A stretch of 64,000 bases of DNA, taken from contig ADNK01001088.1 of NCBI GenBank assembly GCA_000320545.1, positions 124,001 to 188,000 of the forward strand, read 5' to 3'. Below are positions 43,514 to 57,642 of the stretch, one piece after another. Below the pieces are notes generated by a model that worked only from the letters and a program-made list of their open reading frames with translations, was not told the DNA's origin and made no database searches. Positions within the stretch are counted from its first letter, which is position 1; each line of letters opens with the position of its first letter. A program made the translations under genes and the position numbers. Source of the stretch: Bigelowiella natans CCMP2755. Lineage: Eukaryota > Protista > Cercozoa.

Positions 43514-44912
43514 ATAAGTGGTAGTTCAGGCGGTGGTAATATAATATCCATCATTTAAATCTAATTAAAAAAAATGCTACATGATTTAGGGTGATGTCGC
43601 GCGCACGCTGCTGGACGCCAAGGCAGACCCAGATATAGGTCGAGTGCAGCAGTAGCAGCAGTAGGAAGGAGTAGTATAGTAAGTATTCCTAGTGGTAAGA
43701 AGAAATGAAGGGCATCGATAATGATGATGATGATGATAATGACGTGTTGTTGTTGTTGTTGTTGTTGTTGTTGTATTACTACAGTATCATAAATGCACTT
43801 ACCTCAACCACTACCACCACGATCAATTTGCTACTATAGTAGATTCCAAATATGTTGAACATGTTCTCTCTCTCTTTCTCTGATGATAACTTACTTCTAG
43901 GGGACAACCTCGGTCTCACGCCATTAGAAACCACACAAGATCGAGAAGTGGCAAGGTCGTCTCCAACCTGCTGCACAACACGAAGCAGAAGATGAAGGAA
44001 AAGAAGAAGATGATGATAATGGGAAGAGGAGGGAAAAGGGGGAGTGGAAAAGTAGGATTGTGGGTAATAGTGGTGACGGCTTTACTTCTTCATCATCGTC
44101 CTCTTTTGGTCTTTGATTCATTCATCATCATCATGATAATGATCGCCATCACTACTGTCAAAATAGGAATCTTGTGAATGCGAATGGGAAGATAGACCAG
44201 AAGTGGACCATATGTGAGGCAACACGGCAAGGTAAGTTGGGCGTTGTCCTCGCACTCATGACGGAAGCCAAGGCTGCTTTCCAGGACAAGACGTGGAATC
44301 GGACGTAATAATGCCAGCATCCATCCATCCATCAATCAGTCAATCTATCTATCACCACCGCTAATTTTTATCTTCACCATCTAAATCCCCCCCCCCCCCC
44401 CCCCGGTGTTTCTCTTTTATTCTCTATGTATCTATCTATCTATCTATCTATCTCGCCTGCTACTGGTGTCAGCTACGGGTTCAACGAGCAGGATAACACG
44501 GAAATGACACCACTTGGTAATAATAGCTACGTGTGTACGTAGTAATAGTAGTTGTGGCAGCAGCAGCAGCAGCAGCAGCAGCATTATCATGAGCATTGCC
44601 TCTCTTTTCTCTGACGCTATGAGCCAACATCCACGATGGCGGCACGCCCTAGGAGTTGTACAAACATGAAATCGTTAATTTTCAGGTTGGGCAGCCCAGA
44701 TGGGCCATTTGCATATAGTACAGTTACTCTTGGACTCCAAGGTAGTACGTAAGTAGTAACAAGTAGTCAGTAAGCGAACGGTGCTGCTTCACGTAGAGAT
44801 AGATCTGTGTATTAGTATCATTTTTATTTTTAAAATTTGAATAATAGTAGTAGTGGTGATGATAATGTAGAGTGACTTGAGTTGCTCTATTCGAAATGGG
44901 GCTTGCACATGC

Positions 44913-44947
<35 letters not shown>

Positions 44948-45359
44948 GTCAATACCCCTCCATCAAGATTAATATTATCATCATCACCAACATCATTGGC
45001 AAGCTCCTGCATACTTATTTGATCAGGTGAGTGCCAATCAACGATGCCTGGGACGGAGAGGTTGTCCAACACAACAACAACAACAACAACAACGACGACG
45101 ATAACAATCACACCACGCCCAAAAAATGAAAGAAATGAAAGGCAGTGAATTGTGTTCAGGAATTGAGAGTAGTATTCCTGACTAACTGAGGAGATATTGC
45201 TAATGTGTTGCATATGACGTTGACTTGTACTTGCAGGCATTTTGCACCACGCTTGTCACAAGGAGGGGGACGTACGGTAATATCTAAGATTTCTGCTTCT
45301 GCTGCTGCTGCTACACAATCAAACTACACCCATAACTACACACCACGAGGGAAATATTG

Positions 45360-45408
<49 letters not shown>

Positions 45409-45607
45409 AATAAGTTCCATGATGCCTAGTAATGCTACATCCCGCTGGCCTTTGACTTTGTTTGATGATGACTATCTTCTTCTTCTTCTTCTTCTTCTTC
45501 TTCTTCCTGTCTCACTACTGCCTGCTACTGCTACTACCCCTCAGCGTTGTGGAGTTGTTGCTTGACTATAAAGCATGCCCTTCCATGAAAACATCGTCGG
45601 TAAGGAG

Positions 45608-45666
<59 letters not shown>

Positions 45667-45831
45667 GAGAAACAACTGCATACAATAATTTCGCAGCTTT
45701 GTCTTCATAGATAGTATGATGATGATGATGTTGCTGCTGTTGTTATTATTGTTGTCATCGATACTGATGATGCTGCCTATTGGAAATCATCAGGGATGGA
45801 CACCGTTTAGGGATGCATCTAACGAGGAGGT

Positions 45832-45870
<39 letters not shown>

Positions 45871-47589
45871 CAGATTGTGATACATTGTTATTACATGATA
45901 ACGGTTACTCTGTGACAGCAGAAGCCTAATTCTAGTGCCCCTTTTTTTATGCCTTGAGTAAGATCATCACAATTTTGGGGAAAGGGGGGGGGGGGGGGGG
46001 AAAGTCCCTAGATTCGCTGATGTTGTTATCATTGATTTTGTAGGAGTTTGATACGAATTATAATTGTGACAACCATGATCAGGTGAAGAATGTCCTAGCA
46101 CGGGCTCTTAAGGAGGAAGGCACTCTCACAATCTTCGAGATTGCGGCGGTGAGAGATGAGAGACAACCCAAGATTATTTAAAACCTCTACACAGCATTAT
46201 ACTTGCATGCAACAGCGATCATCACGAATCAGGGCGCCATTTAAGTGCCATGCTGTTCTTTGCCATCGTCCGCACCGAAGATGCTTATAGATATAGGCAG
46301 TTGGAGAGTTCTGTAATTCAAGAGAACAAACCTTGAACCAGCTGTCGATGATGACTGATTATTAGTGGTGATGATGATGATGATGGTGGTGTTGATTTTG
46401 TTGGTGATAGTGATGTTTCAGTCACTTACGGTTGTTGCTACCACTCCACTACTACTACTACTATTACTACCACTTTCGCGCAGATGGGCTGGAACATGCA
46501 AATATCTCACCAAATCAACAAAATGGGAGTCAAGGTAGGCACCCCTGTTAGTTTGTCATCGTCGTCCTAGCATTCTAGTTTGTGATTGTGATGATGATGA
46601 TATATTTATAGATAAACATTGTCATCGTCATCGTACATCCTATTAATATAATTACCTAGGTCAACAATACCGACACATTTGGCCAGACGCTTCTGCACCA
46701 TGCGGTAAAGAAGACAACTAGTGTAGTACCAACAGCAACAGCGCCAAAGTGACAGCAGACGGCTCTTTATACTATCATCTATTTATATATTACCGTAAAC
46801 ATGCGTGGCATCATGAAAACTTACAGCTACGATTGACAACAACAATGACCAATGACACACCTCACCTCCTTCTCCACTCGATTAAGCACAACAACAACAC
46901 CAACAACATCAAACGATGACAACAGTGATCATCATCATCATCATCATCATCAGGCGTCTCATGGTAGAGGAAGCACCACTTCATTGCTTCTATCTCTAAA
47001 TGCAGACCCGAACATCACCGACAGGTACTTGTGTTTGAGATGGGGGATGATGATGATGATGATGATGATGATGTCATGGTAGTAGTTGTTGTTGCTGTGG
47101 TGGTGGTGGTAGAGGAGATAATTAGAGTATAGCTCGGATATATAGATGTTTCACACGGGGAGAGAGGCACGCACAAACACACATACCCACATACAAATAC
47201 TTGCAGACTCTCATTTATTCGTGATTTTCATCATTATTTTCTAACATTATTATTATTATTATTATTATCATTTATGTATACCTTTGTTGTGCTCCCTCCT
47301 TGTCCCTCCTCTCCTCCCGGTGACTGAAAATGATCATAATGGACCCCTACCACCACCCTTTCCAGACATGGGTTTAGACCTCTCGAAGGTATGGAAGCGT
47401 GTGTTTTTCAAGTAGCGTCCATGCATGCATGTATAGCACGTGACGCAACGACTCTCATGAGCGCACGTAGACCTACGTCGCCGCACTTCCATCAGGCTAT
47501 GTAGCTCATCAAGTTTGCGTCGAGAGCTATGTGCATGTGTGTGCGTGTGTGCGTGTGACACATTGTTTGTTGTGATGTATTTATTGGGG

Positions 47590-47623
<34 letters not shown>

Positions 47624-48121
47624 AACACTGGTGAAATAGGAACGGAGGATTTCCATACGGCTGACGCATTGTTGGAAGCCAAAGCCTTCGTTGATACAGG
47701 TAACAACTGCGAATATTGACGACGATGATGATGATGATGATGAGGTGATAGTTTTTAGCTGATGTTGTCTTCATAGCCCACAATCGCCTTAATCCGGCCA
47801 AGCTAAAGAACATCCTTCATCATCACCACCACTACCGCATCGATCACCTAGCCTATGTGACAAAGGATCAACTACCAGAAAGATGATGATGATGATGCCC
47901 AACATAGTGAAGGCTTTTCTTCAACACGTCATCATACATGTTGTATCTGTTGTTGTTTCTAGGCGAATGGACCCTTTACACGGCTGCTCGAGAAAATAAA
48001 ATCGGCGTGATTGCGGTAGTAGTGAGGCGTATGTAACAGTAGCAACAACATGATGAAGAATAGCAGTACACAGATATAATCATAATTCGAGGGTAAGAAA
48101 TCAAGTATGTACTCTTATATT

Positions 48122-48166
<45 letters not shown>

Positions 48167-48676
48167 GTGTGTATATGTATGTGTGTGTACACAAATGTTT
48201 CTCGCGCTCAATTCATGACTCTTGACTCGATGTCTGTTTCCTCTTCCTTCTCCTAATAAATACTACTACTTTTTGACCAGGCTCTTCTGAGGCAGAAAGC
48301 CAATCCGCTAGTAAGAGACCAGAACGAATAGCACATAAACACACACACGTGCACTTTTTCAAGACGTGTACGTAAAATATTGCGAGTTATAATGTTGGTA
48401 ATAGATGGAGATCATTAATTTGCAATCTGATGTGTGTGTGTTTGTGTGTTTTGCCTTCTTCTTGTTCTTCTTCCTATTCTTTCTACGAATGGTGATCACT
48501 ACTACTACCATCATCAGGCCTCAATGGAACACGAAGATATCTCTCCCATAGGCTACGCCGCGAGAAACGGAAAGGTGATGGATGGTTAGGAATCATGATC
48601 CACTCTCCCTTCATGTCTTAGTCCTGCGTAGCAATCAATCAATCAATCAGTCAATCGTATTGGTGTATCATAGTAA

Positions 48677-48708
<32 letters not shown>

Positions 48709-49173
48709 CCAGTGTCGTCGTCTACATATTTAGTCAAGCGCTTGCTAACTACTGTCGCCATTTCTGTTGTCGCCGTTATTGTTGCTGTTCTCTTCCTCCT
48801 CCTCCTCCTACTCCTCCTCCTCGTAAACAGACACAAGCAGTACGTGCAATGCTCGCATCACCTCGAATAGACCCCATAAAAGTGGTAGATGACGGCAAGA
48901 AGATTTCTGCTGCCACTACTCTTAATAGTAGTACTACCACCGTGAAGAGGTCTCCGCGAGTGCCTCCTAGACTCGGGTTACTGATAAGCAGCACTAATTT
49001 GAGATGATGATGATGATGACGATGATCGATCCATTCCTTTTCATTGATCACCCATCCACTCACTCGCACGTTCATGAAGGATGAGTTGTTGTTTTATAGC
49101 AACAAGGAGACGAATGGCCAGTTTATATGTGCTAGAATGATGATATTGCTGTCGGCTGTTTTCTTATCAAATC

Positions 49174-49272
<99 letters not shown>

Positions 49273-50056
49273 TGTGTGCCTTACATTGGATATATCTCTT
49301 TGTTAATAGGACTCTCCGGTCTTCGGGAGCGCTCAGAGGCTCGAGAGAGTAAATACACATTTGTTGATATATCATTTCCACCACCACCACCACCAGCAAA
49401 GAGGAAAAAGCTTTAAAACCATGTAGATGGGGGGAGAAACTATTAACATATTGTGGGTTAAGTACCACTGAAACCTACTACTACTACTACTACTACTACG
49501 ACTACTACTACCAACAATGGTGTCGCTATTGTCCATAATTATTTTTATCATGGCGGCTGTTGTTCTTTCAACATCTTCCACAAACTCATCCTCTCTTTCT
49601 CTTTTTCTCTCTTAGGAAAATCAGCTCCTTTTCTTCAACGGCTAGAAGTGTTCTAAAATCTGCACTGAGAGCGGTCGTATTCGATAGTGCTGCATAAAAA
49701 CAGCGTGAGAGGAGGAGAGGAAGGGGAAAAGAGAGAGAGAATGTTGTGGAGAAGGGCGTCGTCGTCGTTAATGATGTCAATAAAAATGATGAGGGTGCTA
49801 AGTATTACATGATAATGCCTCTACAAGCCAGCAGTGCTGTATGTCACAGCTAGCGGCTAAATTAGTTTTGTAATATGTTAATTCATCTCCTCCTTGCCCT
49901 TCATCACTGCCATTGTGTTGTTTTTTCTGTTTCGGTCCTCCTCTTTCCTTCTTCTTCTTCTTCTTCTTCTTCGTTGTCTTGGTGCTACAGGCTGTGATGG
50001 CGATGAAAGACTTCGACGATCGGATAGAAAATTACGAAAGGAGCAGCGACAGCACC

Positions 50057-50088
<32 letters not shown>

Positions 50089-50439
50089 CCCTGAAACTTC
50101 ATCGGGGATGTTGATGGGGTCGAAGAACAATTACCGATCGAAGGGTGACCTTAAGAGCAAGAAGAGAGAATTGAAGACCATAATTCGGCTCATTACTGAA
50201 AAGATCAAGTCTCTTCCTGCTATTGAGCGAAGGCCCTCAAAGCTCTCAATCAACTCGTTTCATAGCGGCGGCAGCACTGCAAACACGCCAACTTCGTCAA
50301 ACGGTTGGTGACGACTTGAACCCGCCAGCAATATCACATGCATTTCAACATAAACTAAATACCAGCTGCTGTTTGACTCAAAAGTTCACGGTTCGGGGCT
50401 TAGAGTACTATGAATTCTACATCTGAAGTGTGGACTTTT

Positions 50440-50470
<31 letters not shown>

Positions 50471-51097
50471 GCTGTATCTTCCTCCTCCTCCTCCTCCTCT
50501 TCTGCCTCGTTAGGGCCCGGCGAGACTTCAAACGACGAAGCACAACGAAGTTCCACTGATTCTGCATCAGAGGTAAGTATACTACCACTAAACTGTCAAT
50601 ATACAGTGCATCTTGATGAAATGAAGGACTCAACCATCACCTAGATGCTAACAGTGTATAAACATGATGTTTTCCCACGTACCGTGAGTAAGTACGTACA
50701 TGAAGTGAGGAGGTGGATGCATGATCTCAGACACCTCTGGCTAAGGAGGAGGCCTTCGCTGCTCCGGTGTGGTGGGGCGGTTACAAGATGTCGGAGGAAA
50801 ATCTCTTCGATCGCAGACATTCACGCAGCAGCGGTGGGTCGAAGTCCAGCCGAACTAGCTCGACATCATCTCATGGGATTGTGAGCCCGAGAAGCAGAAA
50901 GTTTACCAAGACTCCTGGACTGCGGAACCTCCAGGTGCGTGCGTGTGCACGAGCTTGTATTCGTGGATGATGAAAGTTGTTAAGTTGAGGTGAAAAGAGA
51001 TCTGACTTGTTGTCATGCTCCGAAATGCACGCAGGTGGGATACACACGCTCTGGAGAACGTTCAAGCCTTGACAAGAGTGACAACGAAGATGATTGA
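39202..51097 (+). CDS. Clu (clustered-mitochondria)-domain protein with C-terminal ankyrin repeats encoded on many micro-exons
   Basis: WNDQFQAAL...DFIAQVKMYGRLIISE, GGTAGGDKYFIKGILFK, VVIDYWGFRVIAM, GDVEVHRGQDGKLYTLDLAR, LSPDAF and LHRHGVNLRH are Clu-family motifs. Ankyrin motifs include LHYAAQRGGLDVVRYLLDTG..DDKGRTPLHLA and DTFGQTLLHHA. Last exon is VGYTRSG...NEDD*. Extra 5' exons are possible. Confidence 0.82.
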
Positions 51098-51471
51098 TGA
51101 TGACGCGAGGGGAGATTGCAATACAAGTCATGTACACGTGCGTAGAAGCGTATCAGTTTGTAAAGTTGAGTACGGGAAATCAGGAAATCCAACTATTGTG
51201 TGTGCAAAATATTAAGCTTTTGCACGTACCGCACGCCAATTGTTGCGCCTACTGTCGATTTTGTTTGGGCTGGAAGGCTATGAATGTATTATGTGCGAGA
51301 CTCTTTGTATTCTTTTTGTTTCTAGTTACATGATGACCACATGTTTAGTGACTAGACGACGTGCATTCATATATGCACAACCGCAATGCTAAAATTCAAG
51401 ACAAAGACACGCTCCGTTTCGTGTGTTGCTATTGCTCACCAATAAGACCTCGCAGCATGTGACATTCAATG

Positions 51472-51510
<39 letters not shown>

Positions 51511-51816
51511 CGCGTCGCACGTGTGTGCACGAACATTATCGATGTGCATGTGCATCGATCGTGATCGAACACTCAGCGTGCGATCGAGCCATGGCCTGCA
51601 TGTGCACTGCTCACGCAAGCGGAATGATCAGATCAACGCGGTTTCTCGACAATCAACACGATTGACAATTCAATGTGTGCATGCACATGTTGCATGTGCT
51701 GTGCACATCGTGTTGCTGTGTCTGTGAGTTGCAGATCCGTTGCATTTGGCCGTTTCGTAAAACTGCCAACACGTGCGCTTGTTGAACATATCAATCCTTT
51801 CATCTCAACAAATCTG

Positions 51817-52017
51817 TATAATAGACACAGTAATAGCATATATAGTATATATATGATATTACATGTCTATAATAAGTATCCCCTTACTTATAATAGACAC
51901 AGTAATAGTATATATAGTATATATATGATATTACATGTCTATAATAAGTATCCCCTTACTTATAATAGACACAGTAATAGCATATATAGTATATATATGA
52001 TATTACATGTCTATAAT
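51817..52017. repeat. 72-bp tandem repeat, about 2.8 copies
   Basis: Unit tataatagacacagtaatag(c/t)atatatagtatatatatgatattacatgtctataataagtatccccttact starts at 51817, 51889 and 51961 (third copy truncated); near-identical copies. Confidence 0.95.
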
Positions 52018-52472
52018 CTGTTGTGAATTCTCAACGAATGTTGTGAATTGGCTGCAAGATGCAATGATGGCTAGATTGTCTTCGTTTCAGACGATGCGTG
52101 CATCAAGGTGTCCAACAATCAAAATGTTGTATTTCCTAATAAGCTCGTTGCGTCTGGATGAACAGATCCAGAACACTACACGCGCACGCCTGCTGCCAGG
52201 CTGCCAGCGTAGCAGTTTCGAGCCTACTGGCTATGTATAACAACGTCACGAAAAGGACTAGAAGGATGAACCATAAAATTGAACATTGCATAGCGAGCGT
52301 CGACTGCCTCGTATTGTTATGCTTGCAGTTGCTACGCGCATGCTCGCTCGTAGGCACATGTGCCATTGCAAGCACTTAGTAGGAAACATTTATGAGCTTG
52401 ATTGAACGGATGCCGCAGCTTCTAATTATCCGATTACATGCATCAACCATGAAGTAGATACAACGTACAATG

Positions 52473-52733
52473 TTATGCAGTAATCTTCTTTCTCTTCGTT
52501 TTTTTCCGGTTAGACTTGTCCCCCCTTTTTTTTAACTTCGCCCTTTTGATTTTGTTTTTTCCACGTTTGCTGCTGCTGCTATCAGCTGACACCAACAAAT
52601 CCTTGGGTGGGGGTGTCCTTTTCGTATCTAAGGCATCGTCGTTTCAATTAGTGGGCGTGGGGGTGGATGATATGGAACAACGTGGGCAAGGAAGGGGCAG
52701 AGTGTAGTAGATGTGAGCATGGGAGCTGCTGCC

Positions 52734-52771
<38 letters not shown>

Positions 52772-54375
52772 CCTTGGGTATATTTACCCCATGATGATGC
52801 CCCTCCGAGGCCCAACTATTTGGTTTCATTTGTAAAGATAACAGTATTAGAAGAATCGATTTTGGACGAGGGGCTGAGGTTGATTTCAGATGGACCGCGT
52901 AGATGTGCGGAATTACAACTGTAATGAACGCTTCTTTTAAGCTCCAATTTTATCGGTGCATGAAAGGAAAGCATCTTCAGAATATGATGAAAAAGTCAAT
53001 CGTCAAAACTGGGACTTTAATCCTGCGCGGCGACATTGTCGCGGCGGAACGATAATTCTCCATCTAAGTTTCCTTCTCTTCTGGTCTCATAATCATGGCG
53101 TAGTTGATGGTTTACCGTTATTATGTTCGTACCTTGTCGGCTTTGTCGGTTAGTAGAGCAAAAGGAAGCAGCCCATCATTATCATTATCATCATCATCAT
53201 CCCTGCCATTGCCTTGAGTCGAGGAGTTCTGCATCTTCCTCTTCCTCCCCTTTTTCTTGTCATATATCTTCACACTGACTACACCACTGTTTGTGTTATA
53301 TGAATGATAGATAAACATGAGCTACTTGAAGCTTTCATTCGTCATTATCATCATCATACAGAATGAAATTGTCGATAAAAAAGACCTTCTGCTGCCGCCG
53401 CCGCCGCCACTGTCCATTTGCCTCGTTTTTTCGCGTGTTTGTTCCGCAAATGTGTTAAAATCGATGGCATCGTCGTCATCATCACCATCATCATCGTCGT
53501 CTACGTTATCATCGTCGTCATCATCACCATCATCATCGTCGTCTACGTTGTTTGTGTAATTAACAACTAGCTCTTTCTTCTTCTTCTTCTTCTTCTTCTT
53601 CGTCTTCTTCTTCTTCTTCTTATTGTGGGAATCCTCGTTTCTGTATCTCGCAGCTTTCGATCTTTCTCTTCCTTTCTAGCACGTTTCTTCATCTTGGAGG
53701 AATTGTGGCCATCCACGATGGCAGCGTCCTCCCCATCCTCTTTTGATTTGCCGCTGGTGCTGATGGTACTACTACTCTCGGGTTTTTTCTTATTCTTTTC
53801 CTCCTTCTGTTTCTCCTTATTCATCCTTTTTGCCATGACCTTCTTTTTAACATTTTTTTCCGCTAATGATTGAGGTGGCTGTTCCCCTCCTGTAGTGGAT
53901 GCTGCTACTGCCACCGCAGAGTCAGGGAAGGAAAGATGTGGATATCTCTCCCGAGGCACTTGTGGGTAGGCCTCACTCTGACACAACGGGTTGCCTCGTA
54001 TATTGAAGCTCTAATAAGCAGCAGAAAGAAGAAGAAGGAGATTCGAGAATGAGAGAGATAAATAAAGATAACGAGGAAACAATGCAAGAAAAAGGAGGAG
54101 GTAATGTTGATTTCTATGTAAACCAGAGCAGTAATGCACAACGAAAACTACGCACTGCAATTTCCATCACTCAATACCTTAAGGTTCTCTAGTTTGCCAA
54201 TGACGTTGAGATTTTCCATGTCGCTGTTAGTTTTTAATGAATACAGCATGCAGCAGCAGCAGCAGCAGCAGCAAGTTGTTTGTTCATTAATTATCCAACT
54301 TAATATCAACATGACGCTACGACTCGAAGGGACGCCTGGCCAGTTTTCTTGCTATGTGCGGTGTTCTTCAACAAC

Positions 54376-54412
<37 letters not shown>

Positions 54413-55979
54413 AATATACATATATTTTGTCTCTTCGCTACCATCTTGTTTTCTCTCTCTCTCTCTCTCTTTCTCACTCTTTCTGTGATCGCGCTACTAC
54501 TACTACTACTACCTAATTCTATTATTCCCCAAGTCGAGCACACGTAGGTGGCGGTTTAGAGCGAGAGTCTCTGGAATCGATCTGATTGGAAGACGGAGAG
54601 TGAAGATTTAGAGGCAACATGTATGATATCAAAATATTAGTACTGTCATCATCATCATCCTCATCATCCTTATCATCACCACTATATTATAAGAAATTGG
54701 TTTGTTTGAAGCAATCCTTCTGCTTACTATGGTTTCTACTCGATTTTGTTGGAGTTAAGTCGCAGCTCTTTGAGAAAGAATAGCGTTGATAAATCCGGTA
54801 TTTTTCGAATGAGATTATGGGATAGAGATAATTTCAGCAATGTCTTCGAGGCCCACTTCAAGCGAGACTGAAGATTATGTCACATGAGCTTCAAATTATC
54901 ACTATATGTTTATTGACATGCTGCTCGAACGAAATAAATAGAAAAATAAAAGAAAAACAGCAGAGGAAGCATATTTATCCGCAACGATGACAAGCACAAC
55001 CTGATAGATTTTCTCAATTCTGTTGGATGAGAGTATCAAAGTTTTTAATTCCGTACATAACCTATTGCATCATTGCCAGATAGTATGAAATTTATAGTAG
55101 TCTTCCATATGTTCTCTTCCCCTCTTTGTAACGTGAAGAACCCAAGAATAAAATGGTTGACCAAAAAAAGTGTGCGTGTGTGTGAGTGTGTGTGTTGTAT
55201 GTTTATTTGTATATCTTGCAAGTAATAATGAATACACTTACTTCAATGATGGTATATCTCGAAGTTGATTGCCATTCAGAATTAAGGCCTGAAATTTTGA
55301 GATAATGTGCTCATGTCAATCAACTCCCATAGTCTTAGTTGATGCGTAGGCTTGCAAGCTCCACGGCTGTTTCTGATAATTTTGCCACATACTTTGAGAT
55401 TCTTGCTGTCGGGATGATACTCCGAGAGTTGGTTCTTAGCTGCATTCAGAGTCACCAACTTTTTTAACGTTGCCAGCCTTTCTAACCTGAAAAAATGATG
55501 AACAATCGATCTCTTACATCGCTTGCGAGAATTGTTTGTATGCGTATAGCCTGCCAACTAAAGAGATCATTCCAACGTTCTTCTTCCTACGTTTTGATCT
55601 TGTTCTCAGCTATGTTGAGAAAGGTGATGGAAGTGCATTCTTCGATTCCTTCTGTGCATGGGAGGCTGTTTTTACTGAAATTATTTTGCAGATAATACTT
55701 ATTAGGTGTCCTTCGAACTTCACATTAATGACATTTCAAACCTTAAATCTAAACGGGTCAACTCTTGGCAGGAACTTAGGTCTTCTATGGAGGCGATTTG
55801 TCTATTTGGAAGCTGCCACGTACACCGAGTTAAAGTTCATGTAAAATAATGAATTCAAGTTGATTCCGCAAAAGCTACTGATTTTTCCTAAGCAAGCCAG
55901 AAACCTTGATAGTCTTCATCTCCTTCGGGTTCCCATCCAGCTGCGAGGACAGATATGCGTAGTTCAAAGTGATAGCCAT
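52473..55979 (-). CDS. Leucine-rich-repeat protein (SDS22/pprA-like repeats) with Lys- and Asp-rich C-terminal tail; probably nucleolar
   Basis: LRR exons QIASIEDLSSCQELTRLDL, LATLKKLVTLNAAKNQL, ALILNGNQL, LKTLILSSNRIE, LKELRLNSNKIE and the cap NIRGNPLC. Tail contains SGVVSVKI, GLGGASSW and KKRGDKSNRKKTKRKK. Confidence 0.8.
53468..53549. repeat. 42-bp tandem duplication, probably coding (NVDDDDGDDDDDD x2 on the minus strand in the LRR gene)
   Basis: catcgtcgtcatcatcaccatcatcatcgtcgtctacgtt occurs at 53468 and 53510. Confidence 0.8.
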
Positions 55980-56387
55980 ATTGTTAGTTTCCTTCCTGGG
56001 GAGGGCTATGTTCTTATGCTCCAGCAGGAGGAGGAGGAGGAGGAGGAGGAGGAGGAGGAGGTGTGCGAATGGGGCGTTGCAGTTGTTGTTAGGAGCACGC
56101 TGCAATGAGGAAAACCCAATCGAATTTATCTTTGCGACATACAATTTCCATTCATTCTTATCTCTTACTTATTCTCCGTAAAGAGTTGTGAATGTATTCA
56201 CAAATGCGCTCTGTGCAGAGTTGTCGCAAGATCAAAACGCACAGTAAAACATGTGATGCCTTGATTCCGATCTTTTCGGCTCGTTGGTCGGGATTAATGG
56301 CTGCCACAACCCAAAGCCTTTCTCACCACTCAGAGGAACCGTCGTCTTGCCAATTTCTGAACAATTTGAGGACACGTTCGATTAAGA

Positions 56388-57531
56388 ATGCGGCGGTTTG
56401 TTAGAATCGCTCCGCAGAGGAAGATGCTGCGTGAGAGACTTTCAAATGTAAGATTGCCACACTAACTCGAACGCAAGACACGTGCCATGACTCATGATGT
56501 GTGGTAATCAGTTGCGAAGATTTAGCAGCGCCGACCGTGGTCCAGGGAGTATAAAGTCATCGAATACCAATCTTGCATTGTATTTGGTACATGCTAAAAG
56601 ATGAAAGAATAACTAACCACGTGCTATTTGAGCAACAACGTCTGTTTTCAGGGGGGGGTAGCACTTTGCACTCTGGGGTTATCATATGCAGCTGTACCTC
56701 TGTACCAAGCATTCTGTCAAGCAACGGGATATGGGGGGACAGTACAAACTGTTAAAGAGGAGAAATTGGAAAAAATTTCGAGGTGGTAGCCACTCCCGCC
56801 AGTAATTTTCTGTGTTTCTTATTTGTTGATTTTATTTGTGTGGATGCTAATACTTACCGTATAGCGGTAAAAGAGGAGAACGAGAAATTATTATTAATTT
56901 CGACGCTGGAACTGGGATAGGGATGCCATGGAAATTTAAGCCGTTGCAACAAGCTGTGCAGGTCGCGAATGCCCTTCTTTTATCCAATTTACAGCAATCC
57001 GCCGATGGTCTTTCCCCCCCCCCCCTTTCAATACATGCTCCTGCTAGCTTGTGACAGGTGAAACTGTGTTGGCGTTTTACAATGCTGAAAATCCTACGGA
57101 CAAACCAATGACGGGGGTTGCCACGTATAATGTCACTCCGATGAAGGTCGAGCATTATGAAAAAGAAAATGACAGCCCTTCTTTTCTCCTCCAATGCCGT
57201 CGGCTAATTTTATCCAATGATGCAACATACATATACTATTAGGCTGGGCTCTACTTTAACAAGGTTCAGTGCTTCTGTTTCCATGAACAGCGGCTTCAAG
57301 GTCATTAAATTGTTAAAATTATGTCCTCTTTAAGCACAAGAGTACGATGGACACTGAACGACTTTCGTTGGCATCCTTTCTCAGGCAAGGAGAATGTGGA
57401 TATGCCCGTATTCTTCTTTATAGATAACGAATTTGAAGAGGATCCTCGTATGGATGACGTGCACGAAATAACATTATCGTACACATTTTTCCCTATAGAA
57501 GATGATGATGATGAGGTAATCTATCAATCAC

Positions 57532-57568
<37 letters not shown>

Positions 57569-57642
57569 GCTTGCTTGATTCAGGTCCGAGAGCATGCTTG
57601 ATTAGTCGAATATCGGTTGTATTTTTTTTGAGTCAGGCTTAG
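56388..57642 (+). CDS. COX11: Cytochrome c oxidase copper chaperone COX11/CtaG
   Basis: Arg-rich presequence MRRFVRIAPQRK, then SYAAVPLYQAFCQATGYGGT, MPWKFKPLQ, TGETVLAFYNAENPTDKPMTGVATYNVTP, YFNKVQCFCFHEQRL and VDMPVFFFID...ITLSYTFF. The stop is at 57536 or 57642 depending on the last intron. Confidence 0.95.

Noticed and set aside
51817-52017. CRISPR-like array
   Set aside because: Units are contiguous with no unique spacers, there are no cas genes, and the context is eukaryotic.
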